NCBI RefSeq assembly: GCF_963921235.1
Contig: NC_086097.1
Span: 120,654,001 to 120,718,000 of the forward strand
Direction of reading: 5' to 3'
Source of the DNA: Mobula hypostoma
Taxonomy: Eukaryota
Length of the DNA stretch: 64,000 nucleotides
Shown here in pieces: positions 60,776-64,000 of the stretch. Positions within the stretch are counted from its first letter, which is position 1. Every line of letters starts with the position of its first letter. A program made the translations under genes and the position numbers. Below the pieces are notes generated by a model that searched no databases, had not been told where the DNA came from, and saw only the letters and a list, made by a program, of their open reading frames with translations.

Positions 60776-60949
60776 TCATTTGTCTGAATCAATATTGAAT
60801 TCTATAAATTTAGGAAACTTTATTTCTTAGTGTGTATCAGATGTCCATCTATGATATTCACTCAGGTTTATTATTTTATCCATATTTTTCCCTTTTTTAA
60901 CTTTCTTTGGGAAGGGGAGGACATGTAATCCTCTTCTACATTTCTCAAT

Positions 60950-61200
60950 CTTCACCTTCTTTTTCCTGGGTTATTTTCTCTATGTTCTCAACATCTGACT
61001 GCTCTGGTTTATTTATTGAACAGACAACTTTGTTTACAGTTGATCCCCATAGATATCTTGCCTTTCTCCTATCAGATACGACCCCTGCTTCTCCACCCTC
61101 CCTGAAGCTTAACAAGCTTCTACTTTTCAGTTCTGATAAAGGGTCTCAAACTGAACCATTGACTCTCTTTCTCTCCCAACAGATATGGCCTGACCTGTCA
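60950..61200 (+). mobile_element. Old Penelope pLTR with degenerate hammerhead (~61128-61163)
   Basis: CAGTTCTGATAAAGGGTCTCAAACTGAACCATTGACT..CAGATATGGCCTGACCTG. Confidence 0.55.
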
Positions 61201-61204
61201 AGTA

Positions 61205-61810
61205 CATAGAACATTACAGCATAATACAGGTCCTTTGACTTAAAATGTTGTTCCAACATTTTAACCTACTCTAAGATCAATCTAACCCTTCCCTCTCACA
61301 TAGCTCTCCATTTTTCTATCATGCATGTGCCTATCCAAGAGTCTCTTAAATGCCCCTATTGTATCTGCCTCTACCACCACCTATGGCATCTACCAGTCTC
61401 TGTGTATAAGCTCACCTCTGACAACGCCCTTTCTTTCCAATCACCTTAAAATCATGCCCCATCATATTAGTCATTACCACCCTGAGAAAAAAATCTGTCT
61501 ATCTACTCTATCTATGCCTTTTATCATCTTGTATACCTCTATCATGTCACCTTTCATCCTCCTATGCTTCAAAAGGAAAAGGCTTAGCTCACACAACCTA
61601 TCCTTATAAGATGTGCCCTCTAATCCAGGCAGCATCCTGGTAATTCTCTTCTGCATCCCCTCTAAAGCTTCCACATCCTCATAATGATGCAACCAGAACT
61701 GAACACAATATTCCATGTGCGGTCTAACCATGGTCTTATAGAACCGGAACATTACCTCATGGCTCTTGAACTCAGTCCCCAACTAACACACCACATGTCT
61801 CCTTGACTAT
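61205..61810 (-). mobile_element. CR1 3' end
   Basis: FYKTMVRPHMEYCVQFW..RMLPGLE..RRMKGDMIEVYK. Confidence 0.9.
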
Positions 61811-62199
61811 TTTCCAGCAAACTCACCTTCTAACCTGCATATCAACTGGATTCTTAAGAATACGAGCTTTAAAACCTTGTCGGTCAACAATCCTTTGAGG
61901 GATGTAGCTGTTCAGTTAAAGATATCGTGAACTGTGAAATTGCTTAAAATAAGGTTTAGAAGGTCGACTTGCCATGCGTTACTTATTGCTTTCACTAATG
62001 AAACTGCCACCTAAATGTTATTAAGTAAAAAGTATGTTTCAGTTTTAGTTCCTCTCATCCAGCTCATTTGATATCTGTTCCAGAATGGTAACCAACAATA
62101 TCAGTCCAAGGGCAGTGGATAAAGACATTTATTTTATTATATAGTGTTGCCTTGCTAGGGAAGATTCAAATCCATTAGCTCTTCACTTGGCAGCAGAGA

Positions 62200-62895
62200 A
62201 TTACAGAAACTTTTCCAGCAATATCATGAAGGATCGCACTCATTCAGGTTATGCACTGCTTTTCCCAATCATGCCATCAAAGAGGCTATGCAGAATCTAT
62301 GCCAGGACCAGCAGACTCAGAAACAGTAAATAACTCCTAAGCTATTAGGCTGATCAACACCTCCACCGCCTGACCCACCCCACCACGTGACCCACCACCA
62401 CTACCCGCATATCACCTTGTATCACTTCATGTACATACAATCAGTCTCTGTTTGTTAGTTACTTGTACATTGTGTTTTGTAAGATTGCTTTTATATTTAT
62501 ATTTATTGTGTTTTTTTTCTGTTTTTATGTTCTTAATGTGTTTAGCAATGTGACTATATACTAGCTTGAGATTTATCTTCTCGCAGCCATTTACAGGCAG
62601 ATTTTTTAAAAATTGCAATTAAATTTATGAAAAGCTATACATAAGCAAAGACTAACAAACAACCAATGTGCAAAATAAGACAAAACGTGCAAATAAATAC
62701 ATAAAAGCAAACCCAAATCGCTGATACTCTGAAAATGAGTTGTAAAGTCCTTGAAGGTGAGTCTGTAGATTGTGATAGCTTCATAATGATATCCTGCTAC
62801 AAGGTTTAATCTGTGGTCCATTCAGAGATGCTTTTCTGCACATCACTGTTGTAGTGTGTGGTTATTTGAGTTACTGTCACCTTCCTGTCACCTTG
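62200..62895. mobile_element. Fragments of Rex/Babar 3' ends (+ 62200-62530, - 62600-62790) and a Tc1 derivative (- 62810-62895)
   Basis: Similarity by eye to other copies in the window. Confidence 0.55.
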
Positions 62896-62964
62896 AGCGT
62901 AATGTCAGTGTTAGTAAACCTCATTTTGATTCTGATTCTGATTCTGATTCTGCAGGATTATTCA

Positions 62965-64000
62965 GACTGGCTGCAGAAAAGGTTTACCAAGATGCTCCCT
63001 ACACCAGAGATTGTGTTCTGTGGGAGGCCTTTAGATAAACTTGGATTGTTTACTCTCAGGTGTTGGAGGCAGAGAGAGATGGAGACCTGGTAGATATTGA
63101 TAAAATTGTGAGAGGCACAGATAGGGAAAACAATCAAAGTACAATGTCCAATGCTAGAGGACATGTATTTGAGTTGAGAGGAGGTAATTTTCAAGAAAAT
63201 GTTCAGGGCACGTTTTTTTACACAGTATGTGGAATGAGCTGTTAAGGATACTGGTGAGAGCAAATATGATGGGGGTATTCTAGATCTTTTAGATAGACAC
63301 AAAAATATGCAAAGAATGGAGGGATATGGATCCTGTGCTGGCAGAAGAGATTTAGTTTAATTTGGCATTGTGTTCAGCAGACCTCATGGGTTAAAGAGCC
63401 TGTTGCTTCACTGTGCTGTTCTATATATAAAATTGAAAATGATGGAAATATTGTAAATATATAAACTAACCCCCGTTTTTGTAAAAAAAAACAAACAATA
63501 ATAAGGATAAGAAATGTAAACTGAATAATCTTTGGACATCTCAGGAAGATAAAGAGGGAGAGTCTAAGGGAAGTAAAGAAAACACATCAAAGTTCAAGCC
63601 AGGTGACTGAAGACAGTGTTGTGAAGACAAATGCAGCATTAGCATTCATTCGGAGAGGACTGGAATATAAAACCAACAAAGTAATGCTGAGGTTTTACAA
63701 GGCATGGGTCAGACCACATTTGGTGTGTTGAAAGCAGTTTTGTTGCCCAAACATAAGGAAAGATGTGCTGGCATTTGAGAAGGTTCAGTGGAGGTTCATG
63801 AGTATGGTCTTGAGAATGAAAGGGTTAAAGTATGAGGTAAATTTGATGGCTCTGGGACTGTATTTGCTAGAGTTTAGAAGAATGAGGGGCATCTCTTTGA
63901 AACAGACCAATATATTGAAAGGCCTAGATAGAGTGGATGTGGAGAGGATGTTCCTAATAGTGGGAGAGGCTGAGACCAGAAGGCACCAGACTCTGATTAC
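62965..64000 (+). mobile_element. Two decayed CR1 3' fragments (~62965-63425, ~63590-64000)
   Basis: QKRFTKMLP..DKLGLFTL; GCATTAGCATTCATTCGGAGAGGACTGGAATATAAAA..GGAGAGGATGTTCC. Confidence 0.8.

Noticed and set aside
1..64000. CRISPR arrays, operons, prokaryotic defence systems, rRNA genes
   Set aside because: No regularly spaced repeat-spacer array, no prokaryotic gene density and no rRNA-like sequence; the DNA is vertebrate and TE-rich.

Overview
This is eukaryotic, repeat-dominated vertebrate DNA. The mix of CR1, Rex1/Babar, RTE, Poseidon-type Penelope-like elements (PLEs), V-SINE-like SINEs, Tc1 and Gypsy elements suggests a cartilaginous fish such as a ray or shark (inference). I recognise no host protein-coding gene; the window looks intergenic or deep-intronic, and nearly all long ORFs are transposon-derived. 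Main elements: (1) the 3' half of a young Gypsy LTR element (1-2185) whose open frame is an in-frame mosaic with integrase remnants upstream of RT remnants (Gmr1-type order); (2) a 5'-truncated HERO-like retrotransposon with a restriction-like endonuclease (RLE) and a highly structured 3' UTR (6087-8396); (3) two decayed Gypsy copies of one family, one hosting a non-coding two-LTR element; (4) a tRNA/V-SINE split by a Rex/Babar LINE and by a full-length Tc1, which is itself split by a CR1; (5) a young PLE with an open RT-GIY-YIG frame, ~0.87-kb inverted arms and two minimal hammerhead ribozyme (HHR) motifs (40641-43585); (6) a 133-bp HHR-bearing PLE mini-insertion with a perfect 15-bp target-site duplication (TSD; 15742-15874); (7) a sushi/PEG10-like Gypsy; (8) about 8 copies of a Tc1 deletion derivative whose right end is a small TIR-TIR palindrome. 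Boundaries of old repeats are approximate and read by eye; no database searches were run.
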